Source: Octopus bimaculoides (Eukaryota). Taken from it: a stretch of 38,952 bases of DNA. How positions within the stretch are numbered: the first letter of the stretch is position 1; each line of letters opens with the position of its first letter. The DNA is taken from positions 42,933,940-42,972,891 of the forward strand of contig NC_068992.1 in assembly GCF_001194135.2 (NCBI RefSeq), in the 5' to 3' direction. The translations under genes and the position numbers were made by a program. Below, piece by piece: positions 23,989 through 36,590 of this stretch. The notes under the pieces are model-generated. The model was given only the letters and a program-made list of their open reading frames with translations. It did not search any database and was not told where the DNA came from.

Positions 23989-24620
23989 CATANNNNNNNN
24001 NNNNNNNNNNNNNNNNNNNNNNNNNNNNNNNNNNNNNNNNNNNNNNNNNNNNNNNNNNNNNNNNNNNNNNNNNNNNNNNNNNNNNNNNNNNNATACGACT
24101 GATGGGGAAGTTTTAATTATTGTTTGTTCAAATGTTATGGGTATTTATATAAATACAGGTGTTAGATGTTAGAATAGGATGGGTTTGCGAGTCACTGAGA
24201 GGTTCCAGGTAGGTCCCATTCAGTGGTTTGTATCAAAACATTGTTGAGGTTCAGTTAGCTTGGGCATTCATGGTTGGGTTGTCGCAAGTGGTAGGCTACA
24301 TTGAAGCAAATATGTACATGTCGATGTGGGGAAAATGAGTTGTATTAGAATAGAGGCAAGATGGTGCTCACGTGCATTCATATATGCCCAATAGTTGACT
24401 TAAGGATGTGCTAAAAGACGAGTATATGTTTACTGATAAATATGGTGATCATTATTTAACTTTTTTCGTCAGTAGTTACTGGATACATACACTCGCACAT
24501 ACATAAGAAGACACATACATTCAACACACAAACACACATGCGCACACATATGCATATATACTCAATTATTTATGTCATATGCATACATAGAGAGACAGAC
24601 ATATAAATAGTTAAACAGAG

Positions 24621-24660
<40 letters not shown>

Positions 24661-24778
24661 NNNNNNNNNNNNNNNNNNNNNNNNNNNNNNNNNNNNNNNN
24701 NNNNNNNNNNNNNNNNNNNNNNNNNNNNNNNNNNNNNNNNNNNNNNNNNNNNNNNNNNNNNNNNNNNNNNNNNNNNNN

Positions 24779-25060
24779 ATATAAGGTTGTGGAGGGTATT
24801 GGATTTAACCAAACCCAAGAGTATACAGATAATACCGAGTAAGTGCTGTATACCGACTAGTTTGCCCCAGTCGTTGTATGAACAGGATTGGGGATTATAA
24901 GTCGTGTATTAGCGTGTGTATATGTAAATATATAAAAACAAAAAGATAAAGCGAGCAATGGTAAGGTTGGAGAAGTATTTTATGGATAGAGTCTTACAGC
25001 TGTTTCTGGGAAGATCCAGTACTTCACTTCATCGGAGACAGAAAAAATAAAGTAATCTAT
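24779..25060 (-). mobile_element. Penelope-like pseudo-LTR fragment carrying a hammerhead motif
   Basis: Contains the type I hammerhead-like motif at 24991-25039. The extent of the element is approximate. Confidence 0.55.
24991..25039 (-). ncRNA. Type I hammerhead ribozyme-like motif (U4C core variant)
   Basis: Minus strand: GTCT-CCGATGA-agtGAAGtactggatCTTCcca-GAAA-CAGCTG-TA-AGAC. Stem I GTCT/AGAC, stem II GAAG/CTTC, palindromic stem III, GUA cleavage triplet; the core reads CCGAUGA instead of CUGAUGA. Confidence 0.7.
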
Positions 25061-26973
25061 TATTATATCCATAGGCGGATATTTTTAGTATGAAGTGGTA
25101 AAGAGTGTGATGCGCTGTGATGCGCTGGCCATACAGTTTGATTCGGTTCCATGTGACTTAACGCTCCATAGGCCTCTATAAGAAGCCCGTTTCACTTCAA
25201 CTAAATATACAAAAATACTATACAAGTAGATGCATGTAAAACTTGGATTGATATCAAATGTATGTCTAGTTTATGAGACATGGCAGAAATTATTTACTTG
25301 TAAAATATGCTATTGACATGAAGAATATTTTTGAATTGAACAGAGTTCATAGAGGATTCGTATTACACGGAATCCCACGTTGGAGGACGAAATACAATAA
25401 ACCTGAATCCGTAAACCGTTTTTGTTTCCTTTATTTAGATTCATATCAATATATCATTTATTTTCCTCTATATAAGGCGTACCATATAACTGCTGGAAAA
25501 CTGACTCCAAAAACCTCTTCAAGAAGGAGAAGAGAAATGGAAATAGAAAAAGACATGAAAAGAAATGAATTTTTCTGTTAGATTCCAGGTTCTAGTTTCA
25601 CAGCAGTAGCTTTTGTCTTTCGTCTTGATAAAATAATCAGAAGACTTTGAAGAGTTGACCACAACAGCAATGTTACATTTCCTGTAATTGTATGGCTTCA
25701 TTCCATTGTGCTTAAGTAAAGCATTATTATACTGAAGGAAATTCCTATATTCTGAAGAGAAATTACATTATTTTGAATTTGACCTAAGTTACTAACATTT
25801 CGTGTATCACATGACATCGCCCAATGGACGATAGGTTACGTTACAATTCTAAGCATTTATTGTGTGTGAGTTTATGCATGATTGTGTGCGCGCGTGCGTG
25901 TGTGTGCGTGCGTATGTGTGTATGTGCGTGCGCGAGTGTGTGTGCGTACTCTGAAGTAAACCTCTAATCAACGACAATTTAATGTTGTTTAAATTCGGAA
26001 ACTTTGGAATGACCTGTTAATTACAGTGTACAGTAATGATACATTCTGTAGATTTTCAAGACTGGTCGAATAGAAATGGTGTTACCTCTACCGTTGCCAA
26101 TAATACAGACATCTTGAATCATTATGATTATCATAATATTTTAAGAGCAAACAATAACACTCGTCTCAATTGGCTTCGATGACCCAAAATTCTTTAAGGG
26201 TATAATTAAATATAAGTTTAAAATATGGAACATTTTGCATATATTAAATAAGTACTTTTAGACTAAAACGAGCATATATATATATATANNNNNNNNNNNN
26301 NNNNNNNNNNNNNNNNNNNNNNNNNNNNNNNNNNNNNNNNNNNNNNNNNNNNNNNNNNNNNNNNNNNNNNNNNNNNNNNNNNNNNNNNNNNNNNNNNNNN
26401 NNNNNNNNNNNNNNNNNNNNNNNNNNNNNNNNNNNNNNNNNNNNNNNNNNNNNNNNNNNNNNNNNNNNNNNNNNNNNNNNNNNNNNNNNNNNNNNNNNNN
26501 NNNNNNNNNNNNNNNNNNNNNNNNNNNNNNNNNNNNNNNNNNNNNNNNNNNNNNNNNNNNNNNNNNNNNNNNNNNNNNNNNNNNNNNNNNNNNNNNNNNN
26601 NNNNNNNNNNNNNNNNNNNNNNNNNNNNNNNNNNNNNNNNNNNNNNNNNNNNNNNNNNNNNNNNNNNNNNNNNNNNNNNNNNNNNNNNNNNNNNNNNNNN
26701 NNNNNNNNNNNNNNNNNNNNNNNNNNNNNNNNNNNNNNNNNNNNNNNNNNNNNNNNNNNNNNNNNNNNNNNNNNNNNNNNNNNNNNNNNNNNNNNNNNNN
26801 NNNNNNNNNNNNNNNNNNNNNNNNNNNNNNNNNNNNNNNNNNNNNNNNNNNNNNNNNNNNNNNNNNNNNNNNNNNNNNNNNNNNNNNNNNNNNNNNNNNN
26901 NNNNNNNNNNNNNNNNNNNNNNNNNNNNNNNNNNNNNNNNNNNNNNNNNNNNNNNNNNNNNNNNNNNNNNNNN

Positions 26974-27138
26974 ACCGATGCTGGTGTGTTTACTTCTCTG
27001 TAGCTAAGCGGCTCGGCAAAAAAGACCGATAGAATAAGTACTAGGCTTAAAAAAGTATAAGTCCCGGAGTTGATTTGTTCGATTAAATACGGGGCCCCAG
27101 CATAGTCGCAGTCAAATGACTGAAACAAATAAAAGAAT
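26974..27138 (+). mobile_element. 3' half of the CORE-like SINE (5' half probably in the gap)
   Basis: ACCGATGCTGGTGTGTTTAC…GACCGATAGAATAAGTACTAGGCTT…GTCAAATGACTGAAACAAATAAAAG matches 18225-18390. Confidence 0.88.
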
Positions 27139-27506
27139 ATATATAAGTATATATATATAAACTTATACACATAGACATACACAGAACCACACATACGTAC
27201 ACACCTCCATACGCACGCACATATACACCCCAGGACATGAAACGTGCATCACTCCACATAGTGTACGTACTAAGTTACATATACACATACACACCCACAA
27301 GCCCAGATAATGTTCAGCTCACCCACATACCCAAGCACTCACGTCCATTCACACATTCCATTCTCACATACACTCACACGCTTGCACACCTTAGTTCGTC
27401 CGCATCACCGTTGCATTTATTATTATTTATTGTCTTTGCACAGCTTCTAACTCTGGAGATGTACTACGGTGTCAGCTGTTCAATACGAGTAAACTAAGGT
27501 AACACC

Positions 27507-27540
<34 letters not shown>

Positions 27541-28185
27541 NNNNNNNNNNNNNNNNNNNNNNNNNNNNNNNNNNNNNNNNNNNNNNNNNNNNNNNNNNNN
27601 NNNNNNNNNNNNNNNNNNNNNNNNNNNNNNNNNNNNNNNNNNNNNNNNNNNNNNNNNNNNNNNNNNNNNNNNNNNNNNNNNNNNNNNNNNNNNNNNNNNN
27701 NNNNNNNNNNNNNNNNNNNNNNNNNNNNNNNNNNNNNNNNNNNNNNNNNNNNNNNNNNNNNNNNNNNNNNNNNNNNNNNNNNNNNNNNNNNNNNNNNNNN
27801 NNNNNNNNNNNNNNNNNNNNNNNNNNNNNNNNNNNNNNNNNNNNNNNNNNNNNNNNNNNNNNNNNNNNNNNNNNNNNNNNNNNNNNNNNNNNNNNNNNNN
27901 NNNNNNNNNNNNNNNNNNNNNNNNNNNNNNNNNNNNNNNNNNNNNNNNNNNNNNNNNNNNNNNNNNNNNNNNNNNNNNNNNNNNNNNNNNNNNNNNNNNN
28001 NNNNNNNNNNNNNNNNNNNNNNNNNNNNNNNNNNNNNNNNNNNNNNNNNNNNNNNNNNNNNNNNNNNNNNNNNNNNNNNNNNNNNNNNNNNNNNNNNNNN
28101 NNNNNNNNNNNNNNNNNNNNNNNNNNNNNNNNNNNNNNNNNNNNNNNNNNNNNNNNNNNNNNNNNNNNNNNNNNNNNNNNNNNNT

Positions 28186-28390
28186 ATATGGGAGGATGTA
28201 CGAAAAAAAGCAATAACAGACGAAGACAGGTGGTGTAAACAACAAAAGGATGTATTAGTATGACGCTCGGGAATACGGAAAGTCTTTAACGTTTCGGGCT
28301 ACGCTCTTCAACAGAAAGAATACGGAGAAAACAAGGAGAAAAACACGGAGAAAAAAAAATTGAATGGTGTTGGTCAACGGTCTATCATAG
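28186..28390 (-). mobile_element. Penelope-like pseudo-LTR, inverted relative to the adjacent GIY-YIG fragment
   Basis: Contains a minimal hammerhead-like motif at 28282-28319 and lies directly upstream of the plus-strand PLE endonuclease remnant. Confidence 0.6.
28282..28319 (-). ncRNA. Minimal hammerhead ribozyme-like motif (CUGUUGA core variant)
   Basis: Minus strand: TCTTT-CTGTTGA-A-GAGC-GTA-GCCC-GAAA-CG-TT-AAAGA. Stem I 5 bp, stem II with one mismatch, palindromic AACGTT stem III. Confidence 0.6.
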
Positions 28391-28499
28391 CTTCTGCTAT
28401 ATATATATATGTAATGGAATCAGGATTCGGTTGAATTAGGTACTTAAATTAAGTCACCTTGTTAGGTCCAACTAATTTGCACACCCAAACAACATCAGG

Positions 28500-29110
28500 T
28501 AAGAATCAAACTCTGTGCAGAAGTGTTTGCCCCTGATATTCTTGGTGTGTATGCACAAAACACAACCCAATAAACCACTGATGATACCCCAAATATCCCC
28601 CATGAAACCATTACACGCTGGTTGCATAACATCTGATGATACAATCCGGGAGAGTAGAGTTCACATGAATATAAGTAATAATGCCAGTTATAATTACTCG
28701 AGTAGTAGCGACATAATCATTGATAATACTTCTATGAATTTGAACACTGCCCTAAATGATGTCACTATAGACATGAATAAAAATATTAGAAATACTAATG
28801 ATAATATTCGCACTTGCAATTGTATTGAAAAATCTCACTGCCCGCTATCAGGTCAGTGTTTAGCTGTAAATGTTATATATAAATGTACACTATATATAAA
28901 TATACACTAATTACATTTATATCGGGTGCTCAGTAAATATGAAAAGACACTTCAATAGCCATCTTTCGTCCTTTAGATTTTAGCATAAGGCCAACAGTAC
29001 CTCATTATCCACGAAAATCTAGGAACTCGAGGATAATAATATTAAATTCGATCTAAAGTGGAATATAGTGTGTAGAGCTCAACCACGCAAATAGCCGGTA
29101 TGGGTGTGGA
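28500..29110 (+). mobile_element. Penelope-like element: Asn-rich linker and GIY-YIG endonuclease remnant
   Basis: CNCIEKSHCPLSGQCLAVNVIYKC (about 28814-28888), then after a frameshift YIYIGCSVNMKRHFNSHLSSF…NSTSLSTKI*EL…IKFDLKWNIV (about 28912-29070). This is the CxC…CPL.G.C / VY / YIG…H..SF…T.LS..W.L…W.I pattern of Penelope endonucleases. Stops present. Confidence 0.85.
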
Positions 29111-29824
29111 CTATGCTGTATGGAGATATATGAAATATTGACATATAGAGATAAACAAGTAGTATAGAGAGAAACAACAAATAAGATGAGAACAAATATC
29201 CGTCAAATGTAAATAATGTACATTTGTCGTTTGTTCTAAGATTACCCGTACCTTTGAATACTTTAGAAGTAGGTAATTAAAAATTATATCATACTGTATT
29301 TTTGGTGACATAAGTTATTCGGGATGCCATATCATTCATAACCTACGCTCTGAATGTTGAAACCTATTCAATAATACATTCTAGTAACATTTAGTCGCTC
29401 TGATCTATAAACTTTTAATAATCACAATATGATTTACTCCTCCCCAGTGGTGAATCTCTTCTATTATGGTTGATATATAATATATTCATTTTTTAATGGA
29501 TTCTTAAAAGTTGCGCCTACCCTAAATATAAAGTATATCCCTTAAGATCCGTTACTATTCTACCTCGATCATTTTCTTTGATGTACTTAACCAAATTCCA
29601 AAGGTAATTTTGCCTCTATTAAAACTTGGTTTATTTATACTGTATTTTATCTTGGATTGATAATAATATTCCGGCTATAACCTTTTTTTTTATATAGCAA
29701 TCCCATTATTAACAATCTTTTTTATTTTATTTCATCTTATATCCTTCTTTATATCTTTTTATACCTTTTTATATCGTTTTATACGTTCGTATAATTTTTA
29801 AAAAGTCTTTCTTATAGTTTATGA

Positions 29825-30010
29825 ACTTTTATATTCTATATTTTTATATTTTATGCCTTTATATACCCTTTATATATTTTCATGGTTTTTATAGTTTATA
29901 TTGTATATTTTCTAATTACACATTATATCTTATACATTTTTATATTTTAATTGTTTTTATTTTATGCCTTATATATACTTTTATATATTTTTATAGTTTT
30001 TATAGATTAT
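29825..30010. repeat. Degenerate T-rich tandem duplication (about 110-bp period)
   Basis: The blocks TTTTATATT…TATTTTATGCCTT.ATATA…TTTATATATTT…GTTTTTATAG occur twice. Confidence 0.65.
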
Positions 30011-31060
30011 AAATTTGTGACAGTTTATACTTTGTCTTAAAATTCCGTGTGTACTATAATCTTATATTATCATATATTTTAATTATACATGATATTCCTT
30101 ATGTGATTATAGGACTAAATTTGTTTAAATCTTGTATCTAAATGTACTCCGTTATATATTTAATATCACTAATTTACTTTCCCTATACATTAGATCTCAT
30201 TTCTAATTATATTCTATCTTTACCCACTTGTATGTGACAGGAATGTTTTATTATCAATTTAATTGCATATTGTAAGTAATATCTCTCTTACAAATATTTC
30301 CGTTATATATTCATCATATAATATTCTATACACTACATTTCTGAAAAGTCTAAATACTTCTCTTATATCTTAAGGTTTCCATTTATTAAAATCTTAAGTT
30401 CAAATTATAGCCTTCATTTATATATTTAATTACATTTTACTTTAACATTATAAATATGCTAAATTAAAATGTGTCCCTTCCCTTATTCTCTGAACGCATA
30501 GTCCATCCCTAATTTTTAGACTTTAGCTTTTCATTAACTTCCCCTTTAAGGTGACAATCGAAATAAATATTATTAGTTCTTCCTATCCTTCTTTCTTCGA
30601 ACTATCACCCCTTCCCATCAGGTATTCAACCCTTTTTACCATTCCAAGCTTTACCCTGCGGTATAGAAAAAGCCGAAAATAAGGTTCCAGTAGATAGTCT
30701 AGTAGGTTGTCATGATATTGATTGATTTATCACCTTTGTCTAGAATACAGCTACAACTCCCAAAAGATTTAATTTGGGATGAGGGAACACTACATTTCCG
30801 CTACTGTCTTCGAAGTGCAGGTAACGAAACGAGGTCACTACTCTCATTTATTCTCCCCACCACACTGTAACCTCTAAATTCTAGTAGGGTCGGAACTACA
30901 TAGACTATTTTCTAAACACATTCCGCCGAATATATGGCAGTAGAGTTAATGTAAATATTTGAGCTCCGTTGGTAATACGAATATGTTAAAGCAGTTGGTT
31001 TGTCCTTTATGTTTGAAGTGATTATAGTCATCTGACGAAAACGATTTCTTTACAATGATG

Positions 31061-31112
<52 letters not shown>

Positions 31113-31120
<8 letters not shown>

Positions 31121-31584
31121 TATAAGCAAACCCGAAGGTTTTATAAATTACGGACAAAGAGCGACTATGATAGTCATTTATACAATAATAACTATATAAT
31201 AATATATCATAATAATAATAACATATATACTCCGATTTAGAGCGATATCTAAACTATTGACTGAAAAGTAATGCGCTAGCTCAGGCCAGCATCGAACCCA
31301 CAGATCAACACTTACACGGCTCCTTGTGCATCCGATTGTGCCAATACACACACCCATCAAATTCAACCCAATTCTATGTATGGATACATAACAGTCTAAT
31401 ACTACATATAATATTTGAAAACAAACCCGGAGGCTTTGTAAATTACGTAGAAAGAGCGACTATGAAAGACGTTTACACAATAATAACTATATTATAATAT
31501 ATCATAATAATAATAATATATATACTCCGATTTAAAGCGACATTTATCTTAAGTAATGACTGAAAAAAAGATGAGCTAACGCAG
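31113..31584 (-). repeat. Tandem 295-bp unit (1.6 copies); the first copy carries a tRNA-like head
   Basis: CAAACCCG at 31127 and 31422, with the shared downstream block GAGCGACTATGA…ACTCCGATTTA. On the minus strand, A box TGGCACAATCGG (31332-31343) and B box GGTTCGATGC (31289-31298). Confidence 0.8.
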
Positions 31585-31856
31585 GTATGCATGCATGTAT
31601 GTATGTATTGCAAACTGTTAAAATGACGTTTGTGGACGAAGCACAACGGGGTCTGGAACACTTGTACGAGTGAGTTAACAACCGAAAGAGATCTGCATCT
31701 GAATGGGGTCGTTTTCTGTTGAAGCCTTTGATGCTTTAAGTCTCATGAATCCGACACAAACTCTTTTAAACAATAATATGCATACCTCCTGTAAAATGTG
31801 TTGAGAGCCACCCCCTTTCGTTTGCCCACTGACTTATAAATGCGTGTGTGTGTGTG

Positions 31857-31887
<31 letters not shown>

Positions 31888-33923
31888 TTTCTAGCACATT
31901 GCTATTAATATAAAAATAATGTTATCTCGGATTATGTTATCTCAGATTACACACCGGACTCGACAATATGTTGGAATTTGTAGCAACAGAACATCAAGAT
32001 TTTCTAATAACTCAAAGCTTTTTTCTGATGCATATAAGCTACTGGGCTATTCAGGAACTATAGAACATACATATGCGTATATTCTCACCACTGTAACGCT
32101 GCATCGAGCAGACTATGTATTTATACATCGCTGGTCATAAAGTACTCTCTGACGCTGTGCGTAGCTTCTGATTGAGACTCTCTTTGGTTGAGTGAACAAT
32201 CACACACTCGTTCTAAAGTTCTGAACAGGACGCCAGGATGATGTTCGGTTATGTATTTATAACTGAGTGGTCTGGAACAACGTGAAGAGAATTATTTTTT
32301 TCTTTTTCTAAAAGACAACTCACCACTTATCTGCAAAGAGAAATCACGATTTTGCAATCGAAAGTACAGTATCCTGATAGTTAGGCAATACTTCTTCGCA
32401 TACTTTCTTATAGCCGTACACAATGACAAATTTTTGTGACACACGCAGCATGTGAACCATCACAATGTATGTGAACAACCTAATGCCTAACCAGAATCTT
32501 AACGGCCTTGAATTAGCCTTCTTACTTGTTATCCAATTAATTTGACAACAAAGATTAATATTAAATAACCAAGTTATTAAATGCACATCCTCTTTCAGAC
32601 AAAATAATAATGTCATACAACCATTTCAGCTGTCTTGCTCTTATAGCTATCAGCAGAATTGTATAAGGAGTAAAGGTTGACAAGTCTTTGCTAAGACTTA
32701 TGTACGTGTGCTGTTGCGTTACTCTGTGTGTGTATGTACTTTTGTTTTATTCTTATCTTAAATACGTGGTTTGTTGGCAAGTAATAATCTGTGCACGTAT
32801 AGGCGGGAGTGTATCTGGTTTGTGTTTATGCATAGTGTTGCAGCTGATGATACTGTGATGCGCCTCATTATAGCAATTATGAAAATTTGTTATATGTTGC
32901 GAATCAAATTTGGCAGTTTTCTGTTAGAAGCAAAGCATATCGCTCAAAGTTTGTAAATTAAAATGAAAATACGAAGACATTATTGAAGCCAAATGAGATT
33001 AAATGCAGAGAGATGTTCCTGACAAAAAAAAAGTAGTCATTATTTTCGACATTTAGTTTCTTATGCCTTTCTTGAATCTATCATGGAAGATCTAACGAGA
33101 TCTGAAATACAAATGCAAAATTTATTTCTTCGAGGAATATCTGTTGCATGAGAAATCCTAATGCAAATAGCAAGGACGTTTTAAATGGAATAATCGGTAG
33201 AAAGACTATCATACACAGTAAATCATTAAATGTATGAGAAGTTAAAAAATTTATAGGAAATCAAATTTAAGATCAGGGATTTTCTCAATACTATAAACAA
33301 TTACCAGCTGGAAAAAATAGCTCGAATTCTTTGTATGTCACTCCAAATTTCTCAGAAAATGCCTGGAACGCAAGAATCACATGAACACTCACTTAGAAAA
33401 GTCAAACTAATCAGTAAAAGGCCTTGGAAAAACGTGTAAGTAGGTAGCTTGTCGGCATTCGTTTGATGATATGGAGAATCGAAAGCCGTTTGATGTATAA
33501 ATTTCACATGTCAGATACATAGCATTACACGTATGATGGCACACAAAGCACTGCTGAAAATTTGAACCAGTATCATTTTTTAATCTTTGGTAATAAATAA
33601 GAAAGAAAAGATTGCGCCGTATCTTTCAATTATTATCGGGTGGCGGTTTGAAACGTCTGTGGTGCGTGTGTTTAGTGACTGTGTGAGCCCGCGTTTATCA
33701 TATATGTACAAACACGGAAACATAAATTTGTATATGCGTGTGTGTGTGTGTGTGTGTGTGTGTNNNNNNNNNNNNNNNNNNNNNNNNNNNNNNNNNNNNN
33801 NNNNNNNNNNNNNNNNNNNNNNNNNNNNNNNNNNNNNNNNNNNNNNNNNNNNNNNNNNNNNNNNNNNNNNNNNNNNNNNNNNNNNNNNNNNNNNNNNNNN
33901 NNNNNNNNNNNNTATATATATAC

Positions 33924-34067
33924 AGAGAGAGGGAGGAGAGTGAAAGAGAGAGGAGAGAGTGAAAGAGAGAGGGGAGAGTGAAAGAGAGAGGGGACAGTGA
34001 AAGAGAGAGGGGACAGTGAAAGAGAGAGGGGACAGTGAAAGAGAGAGGGGAGAGTGAAAGAGAGAGA
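33924..34067. repeat. Purine-rich minisatellite (about 19-20-bp unit GA(C/G)AGTGAAAGAGAGAGGG, about 7 copies)
   Basis: Read directly. Confidence 0.92.
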
Positions 34068-34619
34068 AATAATTGTATAGAGCAGAAATACACTTAACGG
34101 TACAAAAGTTATGATGCCTATATGGTGAATGTCGGCGCCGAATATGTTCTACTACATCGAATACGCAAACATATACGCATCAAAGTGGGGTGAACTGCGA
34201 AATTCGATGCGTTTATATTTGAGAAAATCTGTATCTACTCATATTTTGCGATTGCTTTTCTCGGGTATGTATAGATATTTTCATTCATTGCGCCCACTAT
34301 GTTTTACTGATGAAGGTAAAGTTACTAAGCTAATTCAGAAATTCATAAATCCAAAACTATCTGAATTATTTTATGAATCTTTAACCAGTTTACTTTCCTG
34401 CTTTGATTCTGTGGAAATATATGTGGAGTGAATATTCGGAAAGGTAAGACGTTTTCGGTGTCGCCCATCAGCATATACGCATGGTTGTTTTTGTGCCCTT
34501 AAGTACAATTGTACCCTATACAACTATATATCCCTGTAAATGTATTTTATCTAAAAGGTTTTTATATGCTGAGCATTGATAAAAATCATTAATTTTAATG
34601 ATATTATCCTCTAATTATG

Positions 34620-34663
<44 letters not shown>

Positions 34664-36536
34664 NNNNNNNNNNNNNNNNNNNNNNNNNNNNNNNNNNNNN
34701 NNNNNNNNNNNNNNNNNNNNNNNNNNNNNNNNNNNNNNNNNNNNNNNNNNNNNNNNNNNNNNNNNNNNNNNNNNNNNNNNNNNNNNNNNNNNNNNNNNNN
34801 NNNNNNNNNNNNNNNNNNNNNNNNNNNNNNNNNNNNNNNNNNNNNNNNNNNNNNNNNNNNNNNNNNNNNNNNNNNNNNNNNNNNNNNNNNNNNNNNNNNN
34901 NNNNNNNNNNNNNNNNNNNNNNNNNNNNNNNNNNNNNNNNNNNNNNNNNNNNNNNNNNNNNNNNNNNNNNNNNNNNNNNNNNNNNNNNNNNNNNNNNNNN
35001 NNNNNNNNNNNNNNNNNNNNNNNNNNNNNNNNNNNNNNNNNNNNNNNNNNNNNNNNNNNNNNNNNNNNNNNNNNNNNNNNNNNNNNNNNNNNNNNNNNNN
35101 NNNNNNNNNNNNNNNNNNNNNNNNNNNNNNNNNNNNNNNNNNNNNNNNNNATATATATATATATATATTAGGTATATGTCTATACGTATATGTATTTTAC
35201 GATGTGTAAATTTATATATAGATATGTATATTGTTGATAATTCATTAAAGTCAGATATCTTACTTGATGAGCCACATCTGGCGCTGTCGAAACGAGATAA
35301 GCTTAAAACTAAATTAATCTTCTTGGTTGCTTACGGTATCTCCCATCTGAATCACATAGTAACAATGTGAAACCTTTGAAAACATAAAGGCTATTTCTTC
35401 TTTCTTATAACAATGTTTACTTAATTAGACGAAAGTCGGTGAGCACGACGTAAATGGTAAACGAAGGAATACCAGAGACTCAAGAAGTGAGTGGTCGTCG
35501 TTTTTGGAAGAATCATTTCGTAAAGCCTTTAGATATGGAATTATCTGCGAGGCGAGAATTCTGAGATCGTGTATGATGCAACATCCACGAAGATAGAACA
35601 GTTTAAATTATACTTACATGTAAATGCACTAATATAAACAGTTAATAATACGATATCAATTAAGCAAAAGTGTAATGAAAAAAACAAATATTGATATAGT
35701 TTTAGGCTCTGCTTTAAAGTATTAAGAAGTACTCAAAGAAAAAAATTTACGAAGTTTATAAACTACAACTATACAATATGGGTGATAATGTAGGGGTGAA
35801 AATTTTTAAAACCGGACGGGACAGATAATGATTCCCTCCCACGAGACATAAAACATTCGTAAGCCGTGACCTTGACCTCTGCGTTCCACTACACCAAAGA
35901 GTATTGCAGATGTTTAAGATAATGTTAGAAACTTTTGTCAAACAAACGTAAAAAATATTCGTAAATATAATTTTTATACCTAAAAATCTTTACATAATGT
36001 GGACATTTTTGCCGTCCTGTCCCATCAGACACGCACTGCACATTGAGAGGTATGGCTTTGTCGACCTCTTCGTGTAATGGATAAAGAGTTTTCACTAGTT
36101 ATATTTCATGGACTACTATTTATAGTCATATCTGCATTGCTATAAATAACAGATTAAAAAGTGACGTACTTCAAAATTCGATTTGAATAAACAAAACATC
36201 TTCCTCTGAGTTCTAAGCTGAAAGCCTCTAAATTCGAGGCTACTAATTGAGAGGTCTCTCTGGTGTTCAGATATTACAAACGACAAATCTACAGAAGACA
36301 GCTATCATAATTCCTTTATTTTACCATGTATTTCATTCTATTATTTGTACGGTATGTTTGAATTTGAGTAAATTGATAAAAACCACACATTGTAAAATAT
36401 AACCTCATTGATAAGCGAACAATTTGCTAAAGGCACCGGATCGTATCGATAGTGGGATGCGAAAATGTTAATGAAATATAATTGTTTATTATCTCTCTTT
36501 CTGTCTTCCTGTCTCTCAGTATATATACATATATAC

Positions 36537-36586
<50 letters not shown>

Positions 36587-36590
<4 letters not shown>

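Noticed and set aside
25570-25720. FPVIVWLH, resembling the carboxylesterase PVMVWIHGG motif
   Set aside because: There is an in-frame stop upstream, the GG is missing, and no other esterase motifs are nearby.
31277-31350. Functional tRNA gene
   Set aside because: A and B boxes are present but the acceptor and anticodon stems do not form; treated as a SINE or pseudogene head.
31113-31584. CRISPR-like repeat-spacer reading of the tandem units here and at 16064-16680 and 23242-23395
   Set aside because: The units are tandem duplications without unique spacers, in a eukaryotic context with no cas genes.
34296-34350. CTGATGA…GAAA hammerhead-like spacing
   Set aside because: Stems I and II cannot form.
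27442-35490. Isolated plus-strand exon-like segments (27442-27496, 34390-34444, about 35428-35485)
   Set aside because: Short, no recognisable product, and not linkable into a gene model; such motifs arise by chance in AT-rich introns.
35867-35878. TGACCTTGACCT nuclear-receptor-like direct repeat
   Set aside because: A single 12-mer that is also common in molluscan repeats; no context supports a regulatory role.
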